Shown: positions 1 through 12,863 of the stretch, piece after piece
Numbering within the stretch: position 1 is the stretch's first letter
Layout of the letters: each line of letters starts with the position of its first letter
Source: Spironucleus salmonicida
Lineage: Eukaryota
DNA length: 64,000 bases
Direction: 5' to 3'
Assembly: GCF_000497125.1 (NCBI RefSeq)
Contig: NC_090601.1
Coordinates: forward strand, 930,001-994,000
Position numbers and translations under genes: made by a program
The notes under the pieces: generated by a model
Told to the model about the DNA's origin: nothing
The model's input: the letters and a program-made list of their open reading frames with translations, nothing else
The model's database searches: none

Positions 1-3000
1 TCTAGAAACTGCTCATATTACTTAAGCTCCCTCATAAGCTTATTAAGTAGTAACATATTACTGTCGCTAACTATATTCAAATCAGCGCTTGTACTATCTT
101 AAGATCCAGTGCAAGATAACTGCATAACAAGAAATATTGCCGCAGAGATTTCAGATATTTATTACTGTTTGAACAAACACAGCATCTGATCGATGCCACT
201 TTTTTCTCTAGATTCTTTTGATATTACATCCGATTCTAAAAGTCTTAGATTTGTCAAGAATTATTAGCTCGCTAAGAAATTTAATACGAACACCACATCT
301 CGATTTAGCGATGAGGAAGACGTGAGGTGTAAATGTTTATTAAATTCTGCAATTGACTACGGCTCTAACAATATCTCTTGGTCACTAGAATTTATGAGCT
401 AGTTAGCTCCAACTAATTCCTCATCCCTCATTATGCACAATGAATTGTGAATTTACATATGAGAAGAAATCTAATGCAAAGGAATAGACTTTGAATTAAT
501 AGTTAGCTAGAATTATTGTGTAGAATTAAAAAAGTACGCATTTGCACCCTCATTAATAATTATCTATGGGCACACCAAGGGACATAGGAACTGCAGCTCT
601 GCGGCTAGCTCCGGTACCGTCGTAAGGTAGAAATCCTTGATGTCCATACCCTATACCTGCTTCTTTACGTATTGGATCATAGAATCGTCAGTGAGGGCTG
701 CAATTTGCATACCTTGGTAGTAGCGTTAAGTCAAGCAGGAGGAGTGCATTTAGGAGGTGCCCAGTATATTAGATTCTGTAAATATGTTACTGCCACTACT
801 ATTGTAAGAAGTGTAGTGAGATTAATTGTATCCAATGAAGTTTACAATCGATATATCCGTTCCAGCGGTCAGTAGGTGAACGGTATTCTTCGAGGTAAAG
901 GGTACTTCTTCGTAAACATTCTTTTAAGGGAATGTTATCTTAACATCATATGTATTTTTGAAGAAATCTGTATACTGGTTTTCTGTATCAAACTATTCCC
1001 TAAAATATTCGTTTAATTTATATGTAACATCAATTGGTGTATTCAAGCTGGTAGTTCTATCGTGTTAATTAATAAAATAAGAAACATTAAGCCAGAATAT
1101 CGTCTCGACCCCACGCGGGTTGTACATCATAAGGAGGAACTAGTAGATTTTCTCTCTGAATACTTCCAGCGTACTTAATTTTCTAGCATCTAACATCATT
1201 TCCTAGAATTACTCCCTTACTATTTATGGCTATCTAAGGTTGATAAAATTGGGTGACGAAATGCCCATTAGATCAATAATTTTATAGGCTTTACAGTTTT
1301 TGAATAGTTCAGATGGTATTAGCGTCAGGAAGTATCGTTCAATCTCTGTAGGATCAAGAAGAATTGATTCTAGTTTTTTCTTTGCATATTCTAAGTATTA
1401 AGGAGTGTCATAGTAATCAATTTTCCTTACTATCAAACCATTTTAACGAATTTATAACCAGTCTAATAATTATATGAGATAATTAACTGATATATCATCT
1501 ATTTTGTTAAGTATTTCATCAATGCTCGATTTTGCCTTTTCCATAAATTTGACAACGAATTAATCTGTTATTCCCACTAGCGCGCTGGTGCACAATGCGT
1601 AGCTGGCTTTCTGCTAGGATAAACACTCATCGACTAAGAGAATGACTTCCTTATTGGAGTTATACGATTAAACACTAATTGACCGGGGCTGAGTTTTGTA
1701 TGCTCTATAAGAGGCTTTACGCTACTTCAATAGCTCAATTTATTACTCTATAGCTCTAATAACGTCTTTCTAGTTTTGTATGCTGTCTTCCTAATTTAGT
1801 GTACCTATTATTTTTTTAGCTGCTTTTAATTTATTTGCAGACGCCTAAATTTCATCATTTAAGAATTTTGTAGTTTATTCTAATTACTTGTTCTGATCAA
1901 ATTTAAAAAAATCAAGCAGGCCGGTCACAGAAAATTCACAAAATACTGACGTACCCTACAAATACAACTCAAACGCACCCTTAAGTTATTATTAGGCAGT
2001 ATGCATATCATATGTTTTGATTAACTTGAAACACTCTGCTTTGACATAGGCCATCGTTTTAGAATATTCAACTCCATCTTTCAAATTACTACTAATAACG
2101 TCTCCAAGGTCAGTTTTACTTTGATACTCGCAAAATAGAGCTCTTATGCCTTCACCAATCTCGATAGAAGTTCTATCGTATAGCGGCTGCGTTTCCAGCT
2201 CACGCGAATCTTTTGTAAATCCTGTGTTAATCAATATGGGAATTTTTATCCCTGAGAACAGGTTGAAGTAGAAGATGGTGTGCAGGGTGACAGTTTTCCC
2301 GCTCCTCGAGCTCTGGCTCAGAACCGCATTATCTAGGGGGAAGAAGGCTGAGAACACCGCAAAGTACTGCGCCTTGAAGATGTAGGACACGTCGCACATT
2401 TGCTGGAAGATGAACTTGTTGGTATCGTTAAACTCGAATATTTTTAGTAAATGCACTGGGAGCTCAAAGAAGTTTTAATAAGCTTGGGAAACCATTAAAT
2501 CTGTATAAATTTATTATGAATATGCTACTGCTTCTTGTGCACGAACTTGAATCGTGTAATTTCTCTTTACCACATCATTATTTTCCATTTGTTTGTAAAT
2601 AAGGTATGCAGTATACCCTAGTATCATTGGCAGGAGATGCGCATATGTATCACATTTATGTAATGTTAATCCAATTATTTGCAGGATAGCCAATTACTCG
2701 ACACTGCTAATGGCAGGTGGCATGTTAAACATAGGGTAAATTAGTTCATAACCATCATATTTCATATCAACTTTATTCTATTTTTATAAATTAATATCAT
2801 CTTCAATCAAAATATAATTTGGAAATAATGTAGAGTCGATTGCTGAATTTTTAGAAACTATAACAATCTCGTGATCTGATTTCATGATTTCTACTTATAC
2901 CTCTGCTAGTTTTTGTATTTCTTCATCGCCTATTACTTAATATGATAAAATTGAAAATCCCATTTGGATAGATAGTGAGACCAGGTTCAGCCAGTAGTCG

Positions 3001-3302
3001 GATACTGAGCTATTCTTTAAATCAAACGTCTTTTGAATAATGATTATCTAGACTTTCCGTTTGAACAGCAGTTCTTATTTGTGCTGCCACATGAAGAGGT
3101 GCAGGAGGCTGAGGTCTCCAACAGTATCAATGGTTATCCTCAGGTAGCGTACGGTATCGCCAACTTCGCTTATCTTAAATTAAGTTCCGCTGAATGCAAA
3201 CACCACATCCTATTGAAGCTCCACCAGATCTTTGCCTAGCGAGGAAAAAGTGAGCTAGGCAGGCTTAGCTTCTGCCTTGGTATTCGAGCCCTGATCGGTC
3301 AT
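1..3302 (-). CDS. Giant P-loop NTPase / putative SF2 helicase-Z1-like protein, copy A (runs off left edge)
   Basis: ATG at 3302 (MTDQGSNTK...). Frame stays open to base 1 with TAA/TAG=Gln. Paralogous to 12864..18464 along its length; contains LSQSSRSGKT and VILLVDEC. The CDS is well supported; the family call is an inference. Confidence 0.8.
400..2426. repeat. Left arm of a ~2 kb near-identical inverted repeat (partner ~13611..15637)
   Basis: ORFs 1992..2456/13581..14045 and 672..875/15162..15365 are mirror copies (coordinates sum to 16037); only scattered substitutions seen. Confidence 0.95.
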
Positions 3303-4488
3303 TTAAGGAGTAATAGTAATTAGAGTGAAACCTATATATACTATAATATTATATAGGCATGTTAAAAGTAATGTGGTTATCCACTAGTTCCTATAAACTA
3401 GTCTGCGTAATGGCCAATTACATAAAGAACCGGGCGCGCAGTTGACACACTCAACGCGTTATTGGAACACGGTAACGCTGCACTGCTACACTAAGTGCGC
3501 AGCAGCTGCATAAAATTCTCACTATTATCTTTTACCTACCTGCATGCAGCACTCTGCCGTGCCGTACTAGTGGTCACTAGATATGGACAATATCCTAGTG
3601 CTAGGGATTTTGGCAAAACTGCTATTCTAGACATACTATTATTTTACATATACCACCCAATATCTAGTTTGAAAATGAGCAGCGAGCCAAACTGCGTTAT
3701 AAAGCAGCTCAGACAGACGCCCCTGTTGCGTGCAAAAACCAGGGCCTATCTTTATTCGACCAGCACGACTTCTGAATCACCAAAGTCTTCAGCTTCTGAA
3801 GGTTGACGCGAAAGTTTCTGGGTATTGTGCACTGGATGTACTTTACTTCGTCATACTTATGTTGAGGAGCAACCCTCTAATAACTTTTATGCGAGGCTCT
3901 ACTATTCTATTATCTAACTGTAGTATACTATTCTCGCATAGTCTTTGGTACAGCTTTGCTCTTAAAGCCTAGATATATTTTACTTACTCGGGTGTAGCAG
4001 CTCGTTCGTACGGGCAGCTAGGTAAGTTGAAGTTGCATCATACATTAGTCATCTCATTGCTTAGTTGTGCTCCGCTGCTCTCTAAAGCCTTTTCCTCGTC
4101 ATTAAAGGCATAGGCACAATTATTAGGACTAGATGCCATATATCTACTATCACTAAAACATATAAATATGACAGTACTATTTCAATTTAAGTATTATCTA
4201 TATATAAAGTATAATATCCTTTACTCTTGACTATCATAAAATTAGGTGTATTGAAATCGTTAAGTAGTTGCACTAAGTATTTTTAGATAGCATAATATTA
4301 GTTACTGCATGTCTATACTAATACAAACGTACAATGCCACTTGCAGAGAAGCTGCAGCACCTAGGCGAGTCACCGCCTCCTGGGTCTGCTCACCGCGCCT
4401 GGGCGACCTCGTGAGCTGGCGCCGGACCTCCCACGCGATGGCCTCCACCAAGCCAAGTACGGCGTGAATGGCCCGGCACTACTTACGG

Positions 4489-5013
4489 TCACTGCGGAAC
4501 ACCGGAACAGCCCGCTGCTCCAGCTGCAGAGCGAGGCCCGCCAGCGCTCCGACACCGACTCCCTGCTCTGCCAGCAGCGCCCGCATCTATGAGCGCCCGC
4601 TGCACCAGCAGGAACGCGCGGTCCGAGAGGGGGCGGTAGCGCCCGAAGTCCGGCCTGGGCGGTATCGCGTGCGGCTGGTTCCCCGCCTCCGCGGCCGCTA
4701 TCGCCCGGTAGCGCGCCCCCAGGCCAGTGAAGGCCTCCTCCTGGCGGGCGAGCACCTCCGCGCGCAGGGCGTCCGCCTCCTCCCGGGCCGCCGTGTCCAG
4801 TGCGTGCGGGATGCGGCGCCACTGCACCTGGCGGCGGTCTGCGGGGTCCGCCCTCACCGCGGCCTCGAAGGCGCGCACCGCCCCGAAGGCGCCCACGAAG
4901 GCCAGCAGGTCCCCGCAGCGCAGCCGGAGCACCGCCGCAGCCGCGCAGGCAGCGTGCTCCTGTCCCACCTCGTGCGCCCCAGCGCGTCCCGGACGCCCCG
5001 AGAAACAGCCCAT
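4489..5013 (-). CDS. GC-rich hypothetical protein with N-terminal MGC (possible myristoylation/palmitoylation)
   Basis: 174-aa ORF starting MGCFSG in a very GC-rich island. The N-terminal part is helical-looking, the C-terminal part low complexity (possible frameshift). Confidence 0.35.
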   Translation of the reverse strand: MGCFSGRPGRAGAHEVGQEHAACAAAAVLRLRCGDLLAFVGAFGAVRAFEAAVRADPADRRQVQWRRIPHALDTAAREEADALRAEVLARQEEAFTGLGARYRAIAAAEAGNQPHAIPPRPDFGRYRPLSDRAFLLVQRALIDAGAAGRAGSRCRSAGGPRSAAGAAGCSGVPQ

Positions 5014-5454
5014 CCATCAGGAGGAATTCGCAGGGATAGCGAGCGCTCCCGGGGCAGATTGGCCTAAAAGTGACATTTTAAGCCGCCAGAATCAGAGTGA
5101 AAAGCCCCCAAATCACCAAATTCTGCCCATTCTGCAAAGAACGGATGGGGCAAAAATGCAGGGTCTGAGTTTCGCGCGTTTGACGCTCAATTTGGGCGAG
5201 AACTGCGCAGTTTGATTTCGTGGCATTATTGCGTTTAGGCTACATTGATTATTTAGATTATCATTATTATACATAAAGTATGTAAATATTTTTATTTTTC
5301 CACTCCTTTCCAATTTTACATAATACTATTATTATATAAAAATTATCTATTTTACCACTCCCTTCCACCTCCACCTCCACCTCCACTTCAAAAATCATCA
5401 TCATCTTATATAATAATAACAATAAATAACCCATTTTAACAAAAACCTGAAACC

Positions 5455-6429
5455 TCACCACTCCGCTTTAAACGAATAGCCCAGAAAACTGCTCTCGAAC
5501 CTAATAAACACGCTGCTGGCGTCCTCGGCCACCGAAATCATCCCCAGACCGTCCGGACTCCACCTGACGCGCCAGGAAGGCCCAGCGTGCAGTTTCTGCT
5601 CCCAAATGAGCGTTTTGTGCTCCAAATCGTAAAATTGCGTCACGAGCGTCGCGTCGACGTTGCTGGTCGTCGTGACGCTTTTCGCGTCGATTCCGCCGCC
5701 CAAAACGCCGATTTCGAGCGTCGGGTGCGCGCAAAAAGTGTTGACGTCAAATTCCGTTTTCAGGGCGAACTTTTCGCGCGCGTCGTAAACGTACACCTTG
5801 CGCGCCTTCGTGCAGGCGATCGCGACGTACGCGTCGCGGAACAGCGAAATGTCGGCCGCTGGGTAGCCCAGATCTTCGATTTCGTCGATTTCGAACGTTT
5901 CGGCGTTGAAGAAAAGCAGATTTCCGCTGTCGCAGCCTATGTAGAGGACTTCGTTCAGCAGGAAGCTGCTCACGGGGCTGCACTCGAGCGCTGCGGCGCG
6001 CGCTGGGGGCCCCAGCGGCTAAGACGGCGAAAACGCGTATTCGAGCACCTGAACGCTCGCCCCGTAGCTCGCTGTGACGACTAGGAAGGAGGACATGTCA
6101 GGACGCCAGTGGACGCTTCGCGCGCCCTTGATTCCGGGCGGCAGCGTGCGCTGGTGCGAAACGCGCATTGTGGACAGGTCGAAAACGAAGAGCTCCGTGT
6201 CGTTCTGGCCCGCTGCGATGTAGTTAGAGTCTGGGGAGAACTCAGCGGCGCGCACAGCGGCCGTGAACTCCTTGAACTGGTGCAGGAGGCGGCACGTGAG
6301 CGCGCACCACACGCAGACCGTCTTGTCGATCGAGGAGGTCAGGAACATGTCACCGTCTAGGTTGAACTGCGCGTTCACGATCGGGCGCTCGTGGCCCTTC
6401 AGGTTGAACTTCTGGTACGTGTAGTTCAT
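5455..6429 (-). CDS. eIF3i: Eukaryotic translation initiation factor 3 subunit I (WD40)
   Basis: N-terminal LKGHERPI...FNLDGDMFLTSSIDKT is typical of eIF3i/TIF34. The two track ORFs are in one frame, joined by TAG=Gln; ends at TGA. Confidence 0.8.
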
Positions 6430-6476
6430 TTCAGGGGAGTGGAAGGGGAAGTTGAGATTATCATTATTATATATTT
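6430..6476 (-). promoter_or_regulatory. Putative core promoter: TATAATAA box plus C-rich TTCCACTCC tract before the ATG (example: eIF3i)
   Basis: Coding strand reads ATATAATAATGATAATCTCAACTTCCCCTTCCACTCCCCTGAA-ATG; the same architecture recurs upstream of many genes here. Confidence 0.6.
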
Positions 6477-7137
6477 TAAATTAATTTATTTTTGGCGGGT
6501 AATCAATTCGTGAAAGGGAAATTAGTATTATTATATAATAAAATGAGATGTAGTCAATTATTTTAATGAAGAGGCAGTTGAAATTGACAGTACATAAAAA
6601 TAGGAAAATAGCGTATATGAGTTCGCAAGGGTGGAGTATATAGCTGATTAAAGTATTATTAGCGAAAGTAAACGCTTAATTAATAAAACTTGTGCTAAAC
6701 TAAGCACTTTACTTTTAAGTGTATACGCAGCCTTCCAGCGTCTACGGAATTCCAGTCACCTATACCGCATAATGTTAAAGAATAACCTAAATATCATGAA
6801 CTCCAAATAATTATTTATTGATTGTAGATAAACTGGTGAAATAGAACTGGAACTACCCCGAGCAGCAAGGATATGGGAAAGAAGTCAAAAAAAACGGAAA
6901 AATGTATGCACCGCTTCACAAAGTTGCCCGGAAGCGGCGGCGCTTCCATGAAAACATTCCAGGAGGCAGCAGCGCCAAGCTTAGCATATTTCCCATTTTG
7001 TGATATAAACGCTCAAATGCCTCCGCCCGTTCACTCGATTTGCAACTTTACAGTGCTTTTGTAAAGAAATATTAATAGAATTGTAGGGAAACATCACCAA
7101 AACTATAATGAAACATCACTAGAACTGACGTAAAATA

Positions 7138-9075
7138 TCACCAGAACTGACGTACCTGGTACCGAGGCCCCGCGGGCGCCACTGGGAAGAAATTACTGGC
7201 GTCCGAGCGGTTCCGCTGGTTGGGCGCGTTCTGAACCTGCTGAACCTGCTTAGCCTGAACCTGTACCGGCCGCGGTGCGTAGTTCGCCTGCGCGTACCTG
7301 CTGACCGCGTTCGGGTAGTTGCTGTTCTGGTTCCTCACCTGCCTCGCGTAGAGCTCGGTTTCCAGCTTCTGCTTGTTGAGCCTGTCCTGCAGCGCCTTCC
7401 GCTCGTCGTTTTGGAGCTGCTGCTGCATTTGTTGGTGGCTGAGCGGCACGTACTTTTTCTGGTTGTAGAAACTGCTGAAACCAGGCTCTTGGCTCTGAAT
7501 TATCGCTTTAGGGCGGGGGCGGTGGACCTGCGACTGCGGCGTTTCGTCGCGCTGCGGGCGGTTTTAGGGGTCATTGGCGTGTTAAATGTATTAATTTTAA
7601 CTTTAATCTTAAGAATACAAATTGTCCTAGTTATTTTAATTAATATTAGGGCGCTACTGCTCTTATTTTTATGCTGCAAATGGGTTCTTCTAGTTATCGT
7701 AATTGGAGGCATACTGCTAATTAGCATGTTATTGCATTTGATTTTATTGGTGCGAATCCAGCTAGTTATCATAATTGGAATTGGACTGTTATTGACTTTA
7801 TCTTTACACTTACAGCCCCTACTTATTCTGCTACGCCTGGCCCGTATTCGGCTGAAATTGATTTTTACGGCCTTATTCAGCCTGAATCTGTCCAAACTGC
7901 TCGTTTTCATTCGCCAACTTTTCTCTATCGCCCCGAATTCTCTGCATTTCCATTTCCTTTTTAACTTTCAACTCCTAAATTTGTCTTTCCACTTCTTTTT
8001 TCCGCTCCATCTCCTAAATTTCTTTCCACAAATCGCCCCCTTCCACTTCGACTTTTTCGCTTTTGGTCCGCCGCTCCTGAAACTGCGCCATTTCGGTCAT
8101 TTTGCGCCGTTTTTCGTACTGCGCGCCGCGTACCTCCGCAGCCCCCACGCCCTAAAATGCGCGCTAAATCGCACCGCTCGCCTTGATCGTTTGCGCGAGT
8201 TCAGGCTCGTAAAAATCGTCGAAATTCGCCCGCTGCGTGTGCATTCCGGGCAGAATTTGCTCGCTGAGCGTCGTAGGCGACAGATGAGCCCTCTACTGCA
8301 CTTCTGGCCTGCCAAGCAGCTGCGCGACGCTGGGACGGTTTTCGGGCTTCTGACTGAGCATAACCTTTACCAAATTCCGCAAATCGGCCGAATACGATTA
8401 GCATATGTCGCGGAAATTGCCCCTGAGGCAGTTTCGGCTCAGCTCCTTCATATCGCGCCCCTGGAACGGGTGCTGCAGCTCGCAGAGCTGGAAAAGCAGG
8501 CAGCCGAGGCTGAAAACGTCGCATTTCTCGTCGTACTGGCGCCCCTGCCAGATCTCGGGAGAGATGTAATACGGCGTCCCGATGCCCGTGTGCGCGTACT
8601 GGCCCTTTTTGAGGATTTTGGAGACCCCAAAATCGGCCAACTTCACGACGCCGTTCCCGAAGCAGAGCACGTTCTGGCCCTTGATGTCGCGGTGCAGAAC
8701 GCCGTTCTCGTGCAAAACGCGAAGTCCAGCCAGAATTTGGAGCATAATGGCCCAAATTCGGTCCTCTGAGAACTTTTGGCGGCTTTTGGTCACTTTCTCG
8801 ATTTCTTTGTCCAGATCGCCGCCCTGGGCGTATTCCAGCACCATGTGCAGCGTTCCGTTCTCGGCGAACGCCTCGTAGAGCGAAAGGATGTTGGGATGGA
8901 AAATGGAGGCCAGGATTCTGATCTCCGTGAGCTGCGACTCCCTGTCCTCATTAGAGAGCGATTTGATCTTAATCTGCTTGATCGCGTATAGATTGTTGTC
9001 CTGGGTGCGTTTCGCGAGCACTACGCCACCGTAGGAGCCTTTTCCTAGGTATTTCGTTACTTGGAAGTTTTGCAT
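7138..9075 (-). CDS. NEK (NIMA-related) Ser/Thr kinase with Gln-rich C-terminal tail
   Basis: GKGSYG, AIKQI, HRDIKGQN, DFG, GTPYYISPE, DVFSLGC motifs; in frame with 7138..7449 through TAA/TAG; about 645 aa. Confidence 0.92.
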
Positions 9076-9233
9076 TTTGCGCGATTTTGTTGATTGCAGA
9101 TATTATATAATAATAGTGTAATAATAGAAATTTAGTATAAATTTTAAGTTCTAATTATATATCATGTTTTTTTAATTTTATTGTATAATAATATATAATA
9201 ATTATAATATGATAGCAGTAATTTCCTTTTTAA

Positions 9234-9908
9234 ATGAATCTTTAAACTTATCCGACTTTTGCTCTGCTCAAGGCCTGTAACTCGTCGGAAGAGGTGATAA
9301 AATTAGCTAGAATGCTTGCGGTCCATAATTTATATATTTAATCCACAATTCCTGGCAAACTACCAATAATAACCCACACGATGCCATCAAATTGCTAGTT
9401 TCTTTAATTTTTTTAGGATCAATAACCGAATATTTAGATGAATTACAGATAGTTTGTCTTACAAACTACATAGACCTAGATGCATTAATAAATAATTATA
9501 GAAGTTAAGTCATTTGGCTAATTTTTTGATTCTGTTGAGCAAGCCGATTTTATTTTATTTAACGGTAAAGTATCTCATTGCTTTGATTATTTTAACCTTT
9601 TAACCAAATATGTAAAAGATCCCAAAAAACGAAATCATATAGGATAGTATTTAATAGCTAAGGCTATTCAGTATAGAAAATCTCTTCCAGTATATAATTT
9701 TGATATGCAAGTTAATATACACCAAATAAAAGAATACTGTGAAAAAGATATTAATATTGAGCATTGGATCGAAGCTGTTACTAATAACCAGTTTAAATTG
9801 TTATAGGGTAGACTAGATGCAAGTAAATAATTTGCTATTTTACAATCCACATTCCATTGCGAAACTACAGCGTAATAACTATATAATTTTATGGACAATG
9901 TGAAGTGA
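9234..9908 (+). CDS. Hypothetical protein (~224 aa)
   Basis: Open from ATG 9234 (MNLQTYPTFALLK...) to an AAGTGA stop under the Gln code; divergent from the NEK gene. Confidence 0.6.
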
Positions 9909-10231
9909 ATTCACTTTAATTGTTTTTATTTAATATTTAATATCATTATTATATTTAATTTATAGTTTAATATTCTTGTACATTTCTTTTGTTAATTTTT
10001 ATTCTGACAAAGTTTATATATTAAAATTTTTAAATTAATAACGATTATATTTGGATAGTAATATTTAATAATTTATATTAAATTATAATATAAATTTTGA
10101 CAGGTAGGTGAATATTAATTACTAAATATTATTAATTATTCATATATATAAGAATTATAACTATCAGTGAATCGTGAAAGCATTTTATCTCAGATATATT
10201 ATTATAATCTATATTCAGGATAGTACTTAAA

Positions 10232-10531
10232 ATGAAACCACTTAAAAAATAGAACACACCTAGGCCGATTATCTCCCCAATTAAGCATGTATGTACAAGT
10301 ATAACTAATTATACTACAAAGAATCACCGTCTTCCTTGTTTTATTATACAAGCACTAACACCAATAGCTGAACTATCAGAAGAGTAATCCATATCAAAAA
10401 CTAACTAATGTTTATGTTTAAAATCATATCATATACTTTCCAATCTTAAAAACATTAACTAATTTTGCAGCAGCATAAATAGATTATTTGAGTCTGAAAC
10501 TGATGTTGACGACGAATTTTTGAGACTTTGA
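10232..10531 (+). CDS. Small hypothetical protein (~99 aa)
   Basis: MKPLKKQNTPRPIISP...ETDVDDEFLRL-TGA open frame. Confidence 0.45.
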
Positions 10532-12863
10532 CCTTTCTTATTATCATTTTTATTAATAAGGAATCTTAAAATAATAATATCAGGAAAATCCTGTTTTTAA
10601 ATAAAATATTAGTTTTATATAAGAATAATCTCATGTATAATAAACACTATAACTAATTAAAATTACAAGATTATATTTTAGCTAATAACATCTTTTAGTC
10701 TGTTAAGAAAATGTATAAACTGTGAGAGCAAAGCTTTTATACTAACGTGTTAATTAAACAATTTAGACTTTTAATTCAAGACATTAAATCTTGTTAATCG
10801 TTGAATTTGAATTCTCTTGCAAAATTAGTAATACCAATATTACTAATAGTTTGGATATAGATTAAATATCATAATTTATAACTCATAATAATTAGAATAA
10901 AATACTCATGAACTAGAGCTTCATGCAATATTTATTATATCAACTGATTGCATGCAGAAATTATAATTATTTACATTTTTTCTGCCTATCGCAGCTTTAT
11001 TAATGTTTGGGTTTTGCACATTATAATAAGACTGCTTTTGAATTTCTCAATAGAAATTCATTCCATAATACCTTAGTAAGTGCTCTATTTAGCTCAAAAT
11101 TAACTCATTTTTGATTTTGCACTGATATTTTAAGTATTCATATAAGACCTAAGCGCTCAGTTTTATAAAGTAAATAACGTGCTTAATTTTCATTATTCAG
11201 CTCTTACAATGCTTATTATCAATGTGTCCCTGCTCTTCTAATCATAATCTTTTTCATCATTTAGCGTTCTATAATTAGCATTTATATATATTACATTGTA
11301 CTAAAACATGATTTTTCTTACCAATAATAATTTACTTACGTTATACTTATGAGTTTAAACAAAATAAGCTAACAATTATGATAAACAGTAGGATTATTAG
11401 AATATTATTTTCTTAAATAAACATCTACTGTTTTAAATTAAATATAAATTAATAGATAAATATAATATCTGTTTACTGTAAAGTTTCTTAGAAACTATGT
11501 ATAATTCTCTACTAGTATCTGATAAATGCTGTTTCCTTCCAGTTACAACAATGGGTACTGAAGCTTAGCGAGTTAAAGACTAAATTGATAGCATTAATAA
11601 TACTAAGCCACTTATGTAGGTTTATTAATGCGATTCTATATGAAAGTTGATAATACTGTAAACATAAACCTTATAACATGCTTCATCTTACATAATAGAG
11701 CTATCAGACTGTTTTGGACGTAGAGAGATCTACTTATCCTGCATATAGTCATTGGGATGATGTAGATAATAGTATGTTTTAATTGTTATTATATTTTCCT
11801 AAATAACGTGAAAACGTAAAATATAACCAAAATAAATAAAGAATATAAAATATAGCTAATTCATTTTTTAATTTATAATATAACCAACAGTATAAGCAAA
11901 CTTTATATAAACCATTTATATGGAATAACCGAAAGACTACATGAGAAAATACTATTAAAATGTAGTTTTCTGTAAATATGTCAATTAGGTTGTAGTTAAC
12001 CATCATTGACCACATATGTACATACATTTTAGGTTCTCAAGATTCTTAATATTCTATCATTCGCAATGCTAACCACAAAATTTTCAAAACCTCCAAAAAT
12101 ATACATATTGGGCGATGCTAACTAACTAGTATACACCTATTTTGTACTATCCCTTGACTCTTCCATTTAACTTGCTCGTAAGTTTCGAATTTGTCGCATT
12201 TTAAGACGTAAAAATTGCAGTAGCCAGGCGCCGTCGTCAAACCTTATAATTTTCATTTTAACCTCTTAAAAAACTAGCCATCTTGGAATTAGCGTTACAA
12301 ATCATAAAAACTGCCCTTTCCAAAAATCAAAAACAACACATAAATGAGTTTGGCAACGGTGACTATTGACTATTACTTTAACGGCATATAATAATTTACC
12401 CCTTCCCGTAAAGCTATTTCCATGCTGCTAACAATAAAGCTGTCAACCACCGAAGCGCAAGTTAATAGTAATACTTTGTTTGAGCCAAAATATTACTTAT
12501 AGCGTCTTTCGGAATCCTTTTAATTTGACCGGCTGGAGCAAGTTAGGTACCAATACCTATTTGCTGAAATATGGAAACTTTGCACGAATTTCTCGCTTCT
12601 GGACTGCTAGGGTGGCCGTTTCTGCAAATACCATGCTTCACACGGGAGTAGTTCATTTGCCAACCACTGCCAAGGTATCTCGCAACCTAACTGGTCTATT
12701 TGCTACATAGTGCATAAATATTAAAGTGGGCTAATACTAGAAGGAAGGTAACCTACACTCGCATATTATCCAGATCGGCGATTTGAGCATTATATCATTT
12801 ACTTGTCATACATGATATATTATATAATACATGCAGCATTATATTATATAACCATTCCACCAA

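Noticed and set aside
7411-8769. 452-aa Leu-rich plus-strand ORF
   Set aside because: Antisense shadow of the NEK kinase gene (Gln codons read as Leu).
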